Shown piece by piece: positions 9,181 through 18,959 of a DNA stretch of 64,000 bases. How positions within the stretch are numbered: position 1 is the stretch's first letter; each line of letters begins with the position of its first letter. The position numbers were made by a program, and so were the translations under genes. The stretch is from Planctomycetota bacterium (GTDB lineage Bacteria; Planctomycetota; UBA1135). The notes beneath the pieces are model-generated. The model worked only from the letters and a program-made list of their open reading frames with translations. It was not told the origin of the DNA and did not search any database. The stretch lies in contig JASMMA010000009.1 in assembly GCA_030748415.1 (NCBI GenBank), positions 45,194 through 109,193 on the forward strand. Reading direction: 5' to 3'.

Positions 9181-10299
9181 TTGACCACACAAAAGAAAAA
9201 AGCAACCAAAACCAAGGCGGGCGACCGCGAAAAGGCCCTTCAGACCGCCCTTGAGGCTATTGAGAAGAATCATGGCGAAGGGGCCGTCATTCAAATGGAT
9301 GAAGGCTACCTAATGAAGGTGGAGGGGATTTCTACGGGCTCGCTTACGCTCGACCACGCATTAGGGGGTAAGGGATTACCCCGAGGGAGAATTATTGAGC
9401 TTTACGGGCCGGAGGGAAGCGGAAAATCCACCCTTGCCCTTTCAGTCATTGCTCAGGTCCACCAGGAAGGTGGAGTAGCGGCCTACATCGATGCCGAACA
9501 CGCTTTTGACCCTGAATACGCAAAAAACCTTGGTGTGCAGCTTGACGGCATGCGTTTTCACCTTTCTCAGCCGTCTTATGGGGAAGAAGGGTTGGACATC
9601 TGCGAGCGCTTCGTGAAATCAGGCGCAGTGGATGTTGTTGTCGTAGATTCTGTTGCCGCATTGGTCCCCAAAGCCGAGATTGATGGCGAAATTGGAGATA
9701 CTTTTGTTGGGGTTCAAGCAAGAATGATGTCTCAGGCATTGCGGCGATTGACCGTTTCCATTGGAAAAACCCAATGCGTGGTCGTTTTCATTAACCAATT
9801 ACGCGAAAAGATTGGAGTAATGTTCGGGAACCCTGAAACGACTCCTGGTGGCCGTGCCTTAAAGTTTTACTCCTCTGTACGCATTGATGTTCGCCGGATT
9901 GGCGCAATCAAGCAGGGAGAGAATATTCTTGGAAACCGTACGAAGGGAACCGTCGTAAAAAATAAGGTTGCTCCTCCCTTCCGCCGTTCAGAATTTGACA
10001 TTATTTACGGTCAAGGCATTAGCCTTGAAGGGGACATCATTGAATTGGGAATGCAACATGGCCTCATCAAGAAAGCAGGGGCTTGGTTCTCCTGCGTTCA
10101 CCCTGAAAAGGGAGAAATCAAGCTTGGCCAGGGCAAGGAGTCGGTTCGTCAAATCCTGCGTGATAACCCGGATCTCCGAGAAGAACTCCGAGGTCTTATC
10201 ACCCTCGCCATGGCCCCCCAAGAAGAAGTTCAACCTTCGAACCCCAAGGACAAGAAAGAGGCAAAAGGGGCTAAGGGGAAAGTAGCTCAAAAGACCTAA
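9181..10299 (+). CDS. recA: Recombinase A
   Basis: [28 protein letters not shown] and [18 protein letters not shown]. Confidence 0.99.
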   Translation: MTTQKKKATKTKAGDREKALQTALEAIEKNHGEGAVIQMDEGYLMKVEGISTGSLTLDHALGGKGLPRGRIIELYGPEGSGKSTLALSVIAQVHQEGGVAAYIDAEHAFDPEYAKNLGVQLDGMRFHLSQPSYGEEGLDICERFVKSGAVDVVVVDSVAALVPKAEIDGEIGDTFVGVQARMMSQALRRLTVSIGKTQCVVVFINQLREKIGVMFGNPETTPGGRALKFYSSVRIDVRRIGAIKQGENILGNRTKGTVVKNKVAPPFRRSEFDIIYGQGISLEGDIIELGMQHGLIKKAGAWFSCVHPEKGEIKLGQGKESVRQILRDNPDLREELRGLITLAMAPQEEVQPSNPKDKKEAKGAKGKVAQKT

Positions 10300-10386
10300 T
10301 TTCAGCCACAGTCCCGCGCAATTAGAATGCTCACCGGAACGGCCTTCTGTGTCCTTCGACACTGAAGGCCGCTCACCATTCAAGAA

Positions 10387-13026
10387 ATGAGTTCTCCGCG
10401 CACGGTTGCTGAAATTCGGGAAGCTTTCCTGTCTTTTTTTGAGGCCCAGGACCACGAGCGCCTCCCTTCGGATTCCCTCGTTCCCTCCAATGACCCGACT
10501 CTGTTATTCACAGGGGCGGGTATGAACCAATTTAAAGAGGAATTCATGGGGCGGGGCAGGAAGGAACTGCAAAAGGCAACTACTTCTCAAAAGTGTCTTC
10601 GGGTACCCGATTTGGATAATGTTGGTCTAACCCCACGGCATCACACCTTTTTTGAAATGTTGGGAAATTTTTCCTTCGGTGATTATTTCAAGGCTGAAAC
10701 CATTCCTTGGGAGTGGCAGTTTTTCACTGAAATTTTGGGCCTCGACCCGGATCGCTTTGTGGCCACGGTGTACACCGATGACGATGAAGCCTTCGCCATC
10801 TGGCATGAGTCCATTGGTCTGCCGAAAGACAGAATTTTCCGATTTGGCGAAGAGGAAAACTTTTGGCCAGCAAGCGCACCTTCCAAGGGGCCCAATGGGC
10901 CCTGTGGCCCTTGTAGCGAAATTTATTGGGACCAAAATCCGAGCGAAGCCTTGCCCTCGCATCCCGGCTTAGAAGACTTACCTAGTCGATTTATTGAAGT
11001 TGGGAATTTTGTATTTACCCAATTCGATCGCCAAGAAGATGGTTCCCTCCCTCCATTGCCACAAAAGAACATCGATGTTGGTTTAGGGTTGGAAAGAATT
11101 GCTGCTGTTGTCCAAGGAGCTGTCAATAACTTTGAAACAGACCTTTTTCACCCCACGCTTGAAACTCTTCAGCAATTGAGTGGAAGAACCTACGGTGCCA
11201 ACGAAGATGATGACATTCGCATGCGTCGTATTGCCGACCATTGCCGTGCGGTTTTCTTTTGCATTGCTGATGGTGCTGCCCCTGGCCGAGAGGGCCGGAG
11301 CTATGTTGTTCGAAAAATCCTCCGTCGAGCCGTCCGAGATGGAATCGACCTCGGCCTTCAGTCAACTTTCCTTCCTGAGCTTCTTCCCGCTGTGCAGAAC
11401 ACTATGGGTGAATTCTATCCTGAACTACATGAGCAGCAATCCACCATTGAAGCATTGTCTTTGGCGGAAGAAGAACGCTTCCGCGATGTTTATGAAAAAG
11501 GAATTTCTCGACTAGAGAGTGAAATTGATGCCACAAAAGCTTCAGGCTCGGACACTTTTTCAGGAAGTGCAGCATTCGAACTTCATGACACCTATGGTTT
11601 CCCTTGCGATATTACTGAAGTGGTCCTCAAGGATAACAATTTAAACTTTGACCAAGAGGGCTTTGAAACCGCAATGAGTGCTCAGCGAGAGCGTGCTCGT
11701 TCTGGTTCAGACATCCAATGTGATGTTTTTGCGGAGTCCGTTGAGTCCCAAATCCAATCCGCCGGCGGAACCCCAACTCAATTCCTTGGATACGACTGCC
11801 TTGAAAGCTCAAGTACAGTCCTTGGTTTTATTTCAGATTGTAAATGGGAGGATTCACTTTCCGAGGGTCAATCTGCTTCTCTTCTTTTAAGCAACACTCC
11901 CTTCTATGCCGAGGGCGGCGGACAAGTTGGAGACTCCGGTAAAATCCTGAGCAAGGATGGCACCCTTCTTTTTAAAGTGGACACAACCACTCAAGAGGGC
12001 GAGTTTTTCCTTCATTCCGGCACTGCGGTGGGGGAGATTTCCAAGGGGCTAGATGTCCAGGCTTGCGTAAATCCAGATGCTCGTTGCGCTACAGAGAGAC
12101 ATCACACAGCGACCCATCTTCTGCATGCTGCTTTACGGAAAGTTCTGGGCTCTTCTGTGAATCAAGCGGGCTCTCATGTTTCTCCGGAGCGTTTCCGTTT
12201 TGATTACACTCACCCTCAAGCTGCTTCCGGAGAGGAACTTCTCAAAGTGGAGCGCCTTGTTACCGAACAAATTTTGAAAGCGGCTCCTGTTTCCTCGCGC
12301 CTTTCTACTCTCGAGGAAGCGAAGAATGCCGGAGTCACTGCCCTGTTCGGCGAGAAGTATGGGAGTGAAGTTCGCGTTGTGGACATTCCAGATTTTTCCG
12401 CAGAACTTTGTGGTGGGACCCATGTCCAAAACACAGGGCAAATTGGCCCCTTCCGAATTAGCTCCGACCGTTCCCTCGCTGCTGGCGTTCGGCGCATTGA
12501 AGGTGTTGCAGGTTGGGAGGCCAACGCTCAGTTGCAACTGGATAGGTCTCGGCTCCAATCCTTAGCCGCCTCTCTCAAAACCACCCCCGACCTAATCGAA
12601 GAACGGGTTGCTAAATTACGAATTCAGCTCAAGGAAGCTAAACAGGGTGTTGCCTCCTCTGCACCCTCACCCAATGCCTTGGCCCGTGATTTGAACTCAC
12701 AAGCCGCAGGCTCACCTCTTGGGTGGGCTCGCCTTTTAGGCCTTGATGCCCAATCTCTTCGGAATCTGGCGGATGGGCTTCAGGCTGAATTAGCTTTACC
12801 ACCCGTTGTTCTCTTAATGGGTGGAGAGGGTGAACAATTACCCTTTATTTTCCTGGTTCAGAAGGATTCTGGGCGCCACGCAGGCCATTTAGCTAAGCAA
12901 TTCGGCTCATTTGTAGCCGGCGGTGGGGGCGGTCGCCCTGATTTCGCCCAGGGAAAAGGCTCCAAAGGATCCGGTCTAGAGGCTGGAATTGCAGCAATTT
13001 CGGAGGCTCTTTCCTCTCCGGCTTGA
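10387..13026 (+). CDS. alaS: Alanine--tRNA ligase
   Basis: DPTLLFTGAGMNQFK, HHTFFEMLGNFSFGDYFK, editing motifs HTATHLL and ELCGGTHV, C-terminal GGGGRPDFAQG. Confidence 0.99.
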   Translation: MSSPRTVAEIREAFLSFFEAQDHERLPSDSLVPSNDPTLLFTGAGMNQFKEEFMGRGRKELQKATTSQKCLRVPDLDNVGLTPRHHTFFEMLGNFSFGDYFKAETIPWEWQFFTEILGLDPDRFVATVYTDDDEAFAIWHESIGLPKDRIFRFGEEENFWPASAPSKGPNGPCGPCSEIYWDQNPSEALPSHPGLEDLPSRFIEVGNFVFTQFDRQEDGSLPPLPQKNIDVGLGLERIAAVVQGAVNNFETDLFHPTLETLQQLSGRTYGANEDDDIRMRRIADHCRAVFFCIADGAAPGREGRSYVVRKILRRAVRDGIDLGLQSTFLPELLPAVQNTMGEFYPELHEQQSTIEALSLAEEERFRDVYEKGISRLESEIDATKASGSDTFSGSAAFELHDTYGFPCDITEVVLKDNNLNFDQEGFETAMSAQRERARSGSDIQCDVFAESVESQIQSAGGTPTQFLGYDCLESSSTVLGFISDCKWEDSLSEGQSASLLLSNTPFYAEGGGQVGDSGKILSKDGTLLFKVDTTTQEGEFFLHSGTAVGEISKGLDVQACVNPDARCATERHHTATHLLHAALRKVLGSSVNQAGSHVSPERFRFDYTHPQAASGEELLKVERLVTEQILKAAPVSSRLSTLEEAKNAGVTALFGEKYGSEVRVVDIPDFSAELCGGTHVQNTGQIGPFRISSDRSLAAGVRRIEGVAGWEANAQLQLDRSRLQSLAASLKTTPDLIEERVAKLRIQLKEAKQGVASSAPSPNALARDLNSQAAGSPLGWARLLGLDAQSLRNLADGLQAELALPPVVLLMGGEGEQLPFIFLVQKDSGRHAGHLAKQFGSFVAGGGGGRPDFAQGKGSKGSGLEAGIAAISEALSSPA

Positions 13027-13095
13027 CCCGGAGCGAAAAAACTGGAAAATGAGTGGCCGTCGTGGTCACCCCGACCCGTCTAGGCGCCGTTCGTC

Positions 13096-13278
13096 ATGGC
13101 AAATCCAAAACGCAAACACTCTCATGCCCGTTCTCACAAAGTGAGAGCTGGTGTCCGCAAACCCAACCACACCCTGCGCGAATGCTCCCGGTGTGGGAGT
13201 CCTGGTCGTCCTCATACTGTGTGCGACAACTGTGGCCACTATGCTGGCCGCGAGGTTGTTTCCAAAGACGAGTTTTAA
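13096..13278 (+). CDS. rpmF: 50S ribosomal protein L32 (Zn-ribbon type)
   Basis: [10 protein letters not shown] and CxxC...H.VCxxCG.Y; canonical position before plsX. Confidence 0.96.
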   Translation: MANPKRKHSHARSHKVRAGVRKPNHTLRECSRCGSPGRPHTVCDNCGHYAGREVVSKDEF

Positions 13279-13284
13279 ATCGGC

Positions 13285-14280
13285 GTGCGGATAGCCGTCG
13301 ATGTACTCGGCGGGGATTATGCCCCAGTTGAGGTCCTGCGAGGCGTTTCTGCCGCGTTGAAGGACGATTTCTCGCCCGATGAACTTTTGCTCGTCGGACC
13401 GGAAGATGTAATCCAATCAACACTGCAGGCCGAAGGTGTGGAACTTCCTCCTATTCTCCACACCCATGAGGTCGTTGACTCTCACGAAAAGCCGGTAGAA
13501 GCTCTTCGCAAGAAACGCAACTCTTCCATTTCACTTTGTGTTGGAGCAGTCAAAGAGGGCAAAGCCGGTGGCCTGATTTCCTTTGGAAATACGGGTGCTG
13601 CCGTTGCTGCCTCAACCATTGGGTTAGGCATGCTCCCCGGAATTCGTCGTCCTGGCATTGCGGTTGTTTTTGAATGGGCTTCTGGCAAAGTTGTTTTGTT
13701 AGATGCCGGTGCCAACCCTGAGCCCAAGGCGAGCCATCTTTTTCACTACGGTGTCATGGGTACGGCCTACTGCAGAGATATGTTTGGTATGGAGGCTCCT
13801 CGAATAGGTCTATTAAACATTGGCGGCGAGGCTGGGAAAGGGCATAGCACTGTTCGTGATGCTCATGACCTCCTTGAAGAGTCTTCCTTGAACTTTGTGG
13901 GCAACCTCGAAGGCCAAGATCTCTTTAAGGGGAGCGCTGAAGTCCTTTTGACCGACGGTTTCGTTGGTAATATGCTCCTCAAAGTCGTTGAAGGATTTAT
14001 GGAATACCTTCTTCGTGGAATTACAGGTTCTGTTTCGGATACAGAATCTTCCAACGCCATGCTTGCCACTTTTAAAAACCTTGTCGGAGCAACGGACTTC
14101 GCCGAAGTAGGCGGCGCCACCCTCCTTGGTGTCAACGGAGTTGTACTCATCGGCCATGGCCGCTCCAAATCATCTGCAGTCGCTCCTGCTCTTCGAAATG
14201 TGCGTAAAGATTTACGGACCGGCGTAAACGATCACATTACGGAGATCCTTCAAGCTCATAAGTCGTCAGCTGAAGCCTAA
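13285..14280 (+). CDS. plsX: Phosphate acyltransferase
   Basis: IAVDVLGGDYAP, GNTGA, LDAGAN, DGFVGN and GATLLGVNGVVLIGHG. Confidence 0.97.
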   Translation: MRIAVDVLGGDYAPVEVLRGVSAALKDDFSPDELLLVGPEDVIQSTLQAEGVELPPILHTHEVVDSHEKPVEALRKKRNSSISLCVGAVKEGKAGGLISFGNTGAAVAASTIGLGMLPGIRRPGIAVVFEWASGKVVLLDAGANPEPKASHLFHYGVMGTAYCRDMFGMEAPRIGLLNIGGEAGKGHSTVRDAHDLLEESSLNFVGNLEGQDLFKGSAEVLLTDGFVGNMLLKVVEGFMEYLLRGITGSVSDTESSNAMLATFKNLVGATDFAEVGGATLLGVNGVVLIGHGRSKSSAVAPALRNVRKDLRTGVNDHITEILQAHKSSAEA

Positions 14281-15263
14281 TGCCCATCCCCGTTGGAATC
14301 GCTGGTTTCGGGCACCACACACCTGAGTGGGTTGTGCCCAATGAATACTTCACTCGTTTTGTAGAAACTTCAGACGAGTGGATTCGCCAACGCACTGGGA
14401 TTGTTGAAAGACGATGGATTCGTGGCGACCAAAAACCTTCCGACCTTTTTTATGAAGCTGGCAAGCAGGCCATCGAGCGTTCGAACCTTAAACCTGAGGA
14501 TATTGACCTCATTATTTTGGGTACCGTTTCAGGTGACTACTTTCTCCCTGCTACGGCTTGTATCCTCCAAGAGAGGCTTGGCTGTTCAAATGCAGCTGCG
14601 TTCGACATTGCAGCAGCCTGCCCAGGCTTCCTCTACTCGTTGACCATTGGCAAGCAGTTCATTGCCTCTGGCATGTATAAAAACGTTTTGTGCATCGGTG
14701 GCGAAGCCCTTTCACGAATCATTGACATTCACGACCGGAACTCCTGCGTTCTTTTTGGTGATGGGGCTGGCGCTTGCGTTCTACAACCCCATGAAGTTTG
14801 CAAACAGGGTTTAATTGAAGACCAATTCCTCGGAACGGATGGCGCGGGCTGGCATTTCATTCAACGACCTCGTGGTGGGGCAGCCGAAGGAATGACTTCT
14901 GAAATTTTGGCTGAAGGAACCCATTTGGTTCGTTTAAAGGGCCGTGAGGTTTATCGTTTTGCTGTTGAAAAAATGGCAGAAATTATGGAGTGGGCTACAG
15001 AAGGCATCGACCAAGATTCCATTGGCCTCGTTATTCCCCATCAAGTTAATCGCCGGATTTTAGAAACGGCCACCGCCAAACTAGGTATTCCCCCTGAAAA
15101 GGTTTTGATAAATATTGAACACTACGGAAACACTTCAGCAGGTTCGATTCCTATTTTAATGTCTGAGGCAGAGGCCGAAGGTCGCTTCGAAAAGGATAAA
15201 TATTTAGTCCTCGCCGCTTTTGGTGCCGGCCTAACTTGGGCCGGCGTACGTATCCTCTGGTAA
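14280..15263 (+). CDS. fabH: 3-oxoacyl-ACP synthase III
   Basis: TSDEWIRQRTGI, AAC.GF, LFGDGAGA, PHQ.N.RI, GNTSAGS and FGAGLTW. Confidence 0.96.
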   Translation: MPIPVGIAGFGHHTPEWVVPNEYFTRFVETSDEWIRQRTGIVERRWIRGDQKPSDLFYEAGKQAIERSNLKPEDIDLIILGTVSGDYFLPATACILQERLGCSNAAAFDIAAACPGFLYSLTIGKQFIASGMYKNVLCIGGEALSRIIDIHDRNSCVLFGDGAGACVLQPHEVCKQGLIEDQFLGTDGAGWHFIQRPRGGAAEGMTSEILAEGTHLVRLKGREVYRFAVEKMAEIMEWATEGIDQDSIGLVIPHQVNRRILETATAKLGIPPEKVLINIEHYGNTSAGSIPILMSEAEAEGRFEKDKYLVLAAFGAGLTWAGVRILW

Positions 15264-16210
15264 TGAAATTCGGTCTTCTCCTTCCCGGGCAAGGAGCGCA
15301 AGCAGTCAGCATGGGTGCTGACTTTGCGCAAACCAGTCCCGCCGCTCGCGCCCTTTTTGACCATGCAGATGAGATTCTTGGGTTTCCCCTTTCCAAACTT
15401 TGCTTTGATGGGCCCCTTGAAGAACTCACAAAAACTGATGTCGCCCAACCAGCTATTTATGTCACTTCGCTTGCCGTACTTTCAGCGCTAGAAGAACAAT
15501 CTGGGCAAAAAATTCAACCTCTTGCTGCTGCGGGCCTCTCCCTTGGTGAATACACTGCCTTGGCTGCTGCTGGCGCCCTCAGTTTTGAGGACGGGCTTCG
15601 TTTAGTCCGCTTGCGGGGGTCCGCCATGCAAGAAGCTTCCCACGCCCTTCCGTCTGGCATGACGTCTGTGATGGGGCTCGAGAGGAACCCGCTTGAAATG
15701 TTGTGCGCCAAAATTGCTGAAGAGACTAATGCCATCTGTCAAGTTGCAAACCTCAACTCTCCGGGGCAAATTGTTGTATCCGGACAAAACGAGGCTCTGG
15801 ATATCTTTGACCTTCAAGCAAAAGAGGCCGGAGCTCGGAGGGCTATGCGCTTAAATGTCGCGGGTGCTTTTCATTCCGAAGTGATGCGCCCTGCTGCCGA
15901 AAAGTTGAACACCGCTCTGCATGAAACGGAATTATCTACTCCGCAATGTCCTGTCTGGCAAAACGCAACGGGGCGCCCCGAAACCGACCCTGAGCGTTTG
16001 AGAGAAAACCTCTCTGCTCAACTTTGTTCCCCTGTTCTCTGGGAGGAGTCTTTCCGAGACATGGCCCAAACCTTATCGGGTCAAACTTTTCTGGAGCCTG
16101 CCCCTGGCAAAGTCCTCGCAGCACTTGCTAGAAAAATCCACCGCGAGGCCACGGTTCATTCTGTGGACTCTGCCAAAGCCCTCGACAACTTAATGGAAGA
16201 AGTTCAATGA
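15263..16210 (+). CDS. fabD: Malonyl-CoA:ACP transacylase
   Basis: PGQGAQ, GLSLGEY, N.PGQIVVSG and AFHS. ATG at 15263 overlaps the fabH stop (TAATG). Confidence 0.96.
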   Translation: MKFGLLLPGQGAQAVSMGADFAQTSPAARALFDHADEILGFPLSKLCFDGPLEELTKTDVAQPAIYVTSLAVLSALEEQSGQKIQPLAAAGLSLGEYTALAAAGALSFEDGLRLVRLRGSAMQEASHALPSGMTSVMGLERNPLEMLCAKIAEETNAICQVANLNSPGQIVVSGQNEALDIFDLQAKEAGARRAMRLNVAGAFHSEVMRPAAEKLNTALHETELSTPQCPVWQNATGRPETDPERLRENLSAQLCSPVLWEESFRDMAQTLSGQTFLEPAPGKVLAALARKIHREATVHSVDSAKALDNLMEEVQ

Positions 16211-16956
16211 GTTCTCACCTTCAAGACATGAATATTTTGGTCACCGGTGCCTCTCGCGGGATCGGTCGTGCAATTGCTGTAACTCTCGCAAATCGGGGTG
16301 CAAATATCGCTGGCCTCGCGACTTCCCTTTCAAACCTTGAGACCACGCGTGCCGAAGTTGAAGCAACTGGTGCTAAGTTCCTTGCTCTTGAAGGAGATAT
16401 TGCTGACCCCGCCACTGCAGCCGCCTCTGTCAAAGCCATGTCCACAGAATTGGGGAGCGTGGATGGTCTCGTTGCCAATGCTGGAATCACTCGCGACGGC
16501 CTTCTAATGCGGATGTCAGAAGAGGATTTTGACCAAGTTCTCCGCACTAATTTGGGTGGGAGTTTCCACTTTCTAAAAGCAGTTACTCGCCCTATGATGA
16601 AAGCCAAATCTGGTCGAGTTGTTCTTATTGGTTCGGTTGTTGGTGCTATCGGGAACCCTGGACAGGCCAATTACTGCGCCGCAAAGGCGGGCCTCCACGG
16701 CCTTGCCCGCTCTGCTGCGCTAGAGCTGGGAAGCAGAAATATCACTGTAAATGTCGTTGCCCCTGGCTTTATTCAAACCGATATGACCACCGATTTGCCG
16801 CCTAAGGCTCAGGAAAGCATGGTTTCCAATACAGCTCTCAAGCGACCAGGCACCCCGGAAGACATTGCTGGGACCGTCTCCTTCTTGCTCAGCCCTGACG
16901 CTAGCTACCTCACGGGCCAGGTAATTCTTGTGGATGGTGGACTTTCCCTCGGCTAG
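16207..16956 (+). CDS. fabG: 3-oxoacyl-ACP reductase
   Basis: [29 protein letters not shown] and [11 protein letters not shown]. Confidence 0.97.
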   Translation: MSSHLQDMNILVTGASRGIGRAIAVTLANRGANIAGLATSLSNLETTRAEVEATGAKFLALEGDIADPATAAASVKAMSTELGSVDGLVANAGITRDGLLMRMSEEDFDQVLRTNLGGSFHFLKAVTRPMMKAKSGRVVLIGSVVGAIGNPGQANYCAAKAGLHGLARSAALELGSRNITVNVVAPGFIQTDMTTDLPPKAQESMVSNTALKRPGTPEDIAGTVSFLLSPDASYLTGQVILVDGGLSLG

Positions 16957-17056
16957 GGAATGCCCTACAATCTCCCGTTCCTGCGGCCTTTGCCGCCCCA
17001 TTGTTTCCTGCTTCGGCAGACACCCCATTAAACCGGACACCACCCGGAGAACCAAA

Positions 17057-17296
17057 GTGACTGACGTCAAAGATAAGGTTTACGAGATCATCTGCGAGCA
17101 CATGGGTGCTTCGCGCGAAAAGTTGGCCCCAGAGACTAGCTTCATTAACGACCTCGGAGCAGACAGCCTCGACACCGTCGAGCTTGTAATGGAATTCGAA
17201 TCTGCCTTCGATATCACCATCCCTGATGAAGACGCCGAGAAGATTCAAACCGTCGGCAGTGCGGTTGATTACATCTCTGGCAAGGTAACCGTCTAA
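17057..17296 (+). CDS. acpP: Acyl carrier protein
   Basis: [14 protein letters not shown] and IPDEDAEKI; GTG start with GGAGA RBS. Confidence 0.97.
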   Translation: MTDVKDKVYEIICEHMGASREKLAPETSFINDLGADSLDTVELVMEFESAFDITIPDEDAEKIQTVGSAVDYISGKVTV

Positions 17297-17320
17297 GCTC
17301 CGCCTTGGTGGCTGGAGCTT
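17295..17320 (+). terminator. Stem-loop after acpP (partial terminator or mRNA stabiliser)
   Basis: AAGCTCC-GCC-TTGGT-GGC-T-GGAGCTT inverted repeat in the acpP-fabF spacer. Confidence 0.5.
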
Positions 17321-17326
17321 TCCGAC

Positions 17327-18589
17327 ATGTCGGCTGATTCCACCCGGGTGGTCATCACCGGAGTTGGGGCCGTTACGCCCTTGGCTCTTGGTGCGACTGA
17401 AACTTTCCAAGGGCTCCTTGCTGGCGAGAGTGGCGTTCGACCCATCCTGAGTTTTGATCCCGAACTTCAGCAAACTAAAATTGCTGCTGAGGTTTTTGGA
17501 ACTGTTTTTGACCCCAACGACCATTTCGACCTCAAAACTCAAAAGCGACTGGACCATTTCAGTCAGTTAGGCATTGTTGCTGGCCGAGAGGCTTGGGCCG
17601 ATGCCGGCCTAAAGGAGGGCGATGTGGACCCACTCCGAGGCGGGACCATTCTTGGTTCCGGCATTGGTGGAATTCATACATGCCTTGATGGGCATGATAT
17701 TGTCCACGAATCCGGTCCTCGCCGCGTATCACCTTTCTATGTTCCCAATCTCATGCCCAACGCCCTTCCTGGCAATGTTGCGATTGAGTTTGGCCTAGAG
17801 GGTGCTTGTTTCCTTACAGCTTCTGCTTGTGCCTCAAGTGGACATTCTATTGGACTTGCTCTTCGAGAAATTCGTTCTGGCCGTGCGGATCTTATCGTGA
17901 CTGGTGGGGCAGAAGCTGCTCTTACTCCGGCCACACTTGCCGGGTTTAGCCGCCTTCGGGCGCTGAGCACACGCAACGATGACCCCTTGCATGCTTCCCG
18001 TCCTTTTGACCGCGACCGAGATGGTTTTGTCTTGGGAGACGGTGCTGCCATCTTGGTCATCGAGTCTCTAGCACATGCTCAGGCTCGAGGTGCTCGAATC
18101 TACTGCGAACTTGCGGGTTTCGGCCAATCGGATGACGCTGGCCATATTACGGCACCGGACGCAACTGGAGAACGCCCTGCTCGAGCCATTCGTTTTGCTA
18201 TGGAAGACGCTGGAATGGACCCTAGTGAAGTGGACTACATCAACGCTCATGGAACATCCACCCAGTTGAATGACCAAATGGAAACGGTGGCGATTAAAGC
18301 CGCTCTAGGCGATGCCAACGCACGCCGTGTTGCGATTTCATCGACCAAATCCATGGTCGGTCATCTTCTTGGAGCTGCATCCGCCATCGAGGCTGTGGTT
18401 TGTGCCAAGACTTTGCACGAAGGTGTTGCCCATGGCACCGCCAATCTTGAGAATCCCGACCTTGAAAGTGGTTGTGATCTTGATTACATCCCCGAGGCCA
18501 GCCGCCAGCAAGAATTCCGAGGAGCATTGTCTAACTCCTTCGGTTTCGGCGGGCACAACGTTTCCCTGGCCTTCCGCCGAATGGACTAA
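17327..18589 (+). CDS. fabF: 3-oxoacyl-ACP synthase II
   Basis: RVVITGVG, SACASS, INAHGTST, STKSMVGHLLGA and SNSFGFGGHN. Confidence 0.97.
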   Translation: MSADSTRVVITGVGAVTPLALGATETFQGLLAGESGVRPILSFDPELQQTKIAAEVFGTVFDPNDHFDLKTQKRLDHFSQLGIVAGREAWADAGLKEGDVDPLRGGTILGSGIGGIHTCLDGHDIVHESGPRRVSPFYVPNLMPNALPGNVAIEFGLEGACFLTASACASSGHSIGLALREIRSGRADLIVTGGAEAALTPATLAGFSRLRALSTRNDDPLHASRPFDRDRDGFVLGDGAAILVIESLAHAQARGARIYCELAGFGQSDDAGHITAPDATGERPARAIRFAMEDAGMDPSEVDYINAHGTSTQLNDQMETVAIKAALGDANARRVAISSTKSMVGHLLGAASAIEAVVCAKTLHEGVAHGTANLENPDLESGCDLDYIPEASRQQEFRGALSNSFGFGGHNVSLAFRRMD

Positions 18590-18620
18590 ACCGCCCGGGC
18601 GGTTACCCGGACCCATCCCC

Positions 18621-18953
18621 GTGAAACAAAAATTCGCCGAAGCCCTTCAATCCTATCGAAAGGATGTGTTCAAGGTTGACCACGATCCCGCCGAACTCTC
18701 CAAACTCACCAAGGAATCTCTTCACATCTCCGAAGAGACTTTAGATAACGCTTATCACTACCACTTCCACAAACTTCCCGACGCTTCTCGGACTGAAATC
18801 ATCAATATGATTAACAACTACACCTTAGAAGCCCTTCTTCCGCCCATTATTGAGAAGATGACCACCCGTCAGCTAATTCTGGAAAAGAAATTGGATCTTC
18901 TCGTTTCTTTACTTGAAAACGCCCTCGACAAAATCGGCACCGACGATTCTTAA
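18621..18953 (+). CDS. Hypothetical small helical/coiled-coil protein
   Basis: GTG at 18621; fills the fabF-pyrophosphorylase gap; C-terminal heptad-like LEKKLDLLVSLLE. Confidence 0.65.
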   Translation: MKQKFAEALQSYRKDVFKVDHDPAELSKLTKESLHISEETLDNAYHYHFHKLPDASRTEIINMINNYTLEALLPPIIEKMTTRQLILEKKLDLLVSLLENALDKIGTDDS

Positions 18954-18959
18954 ACTCCT

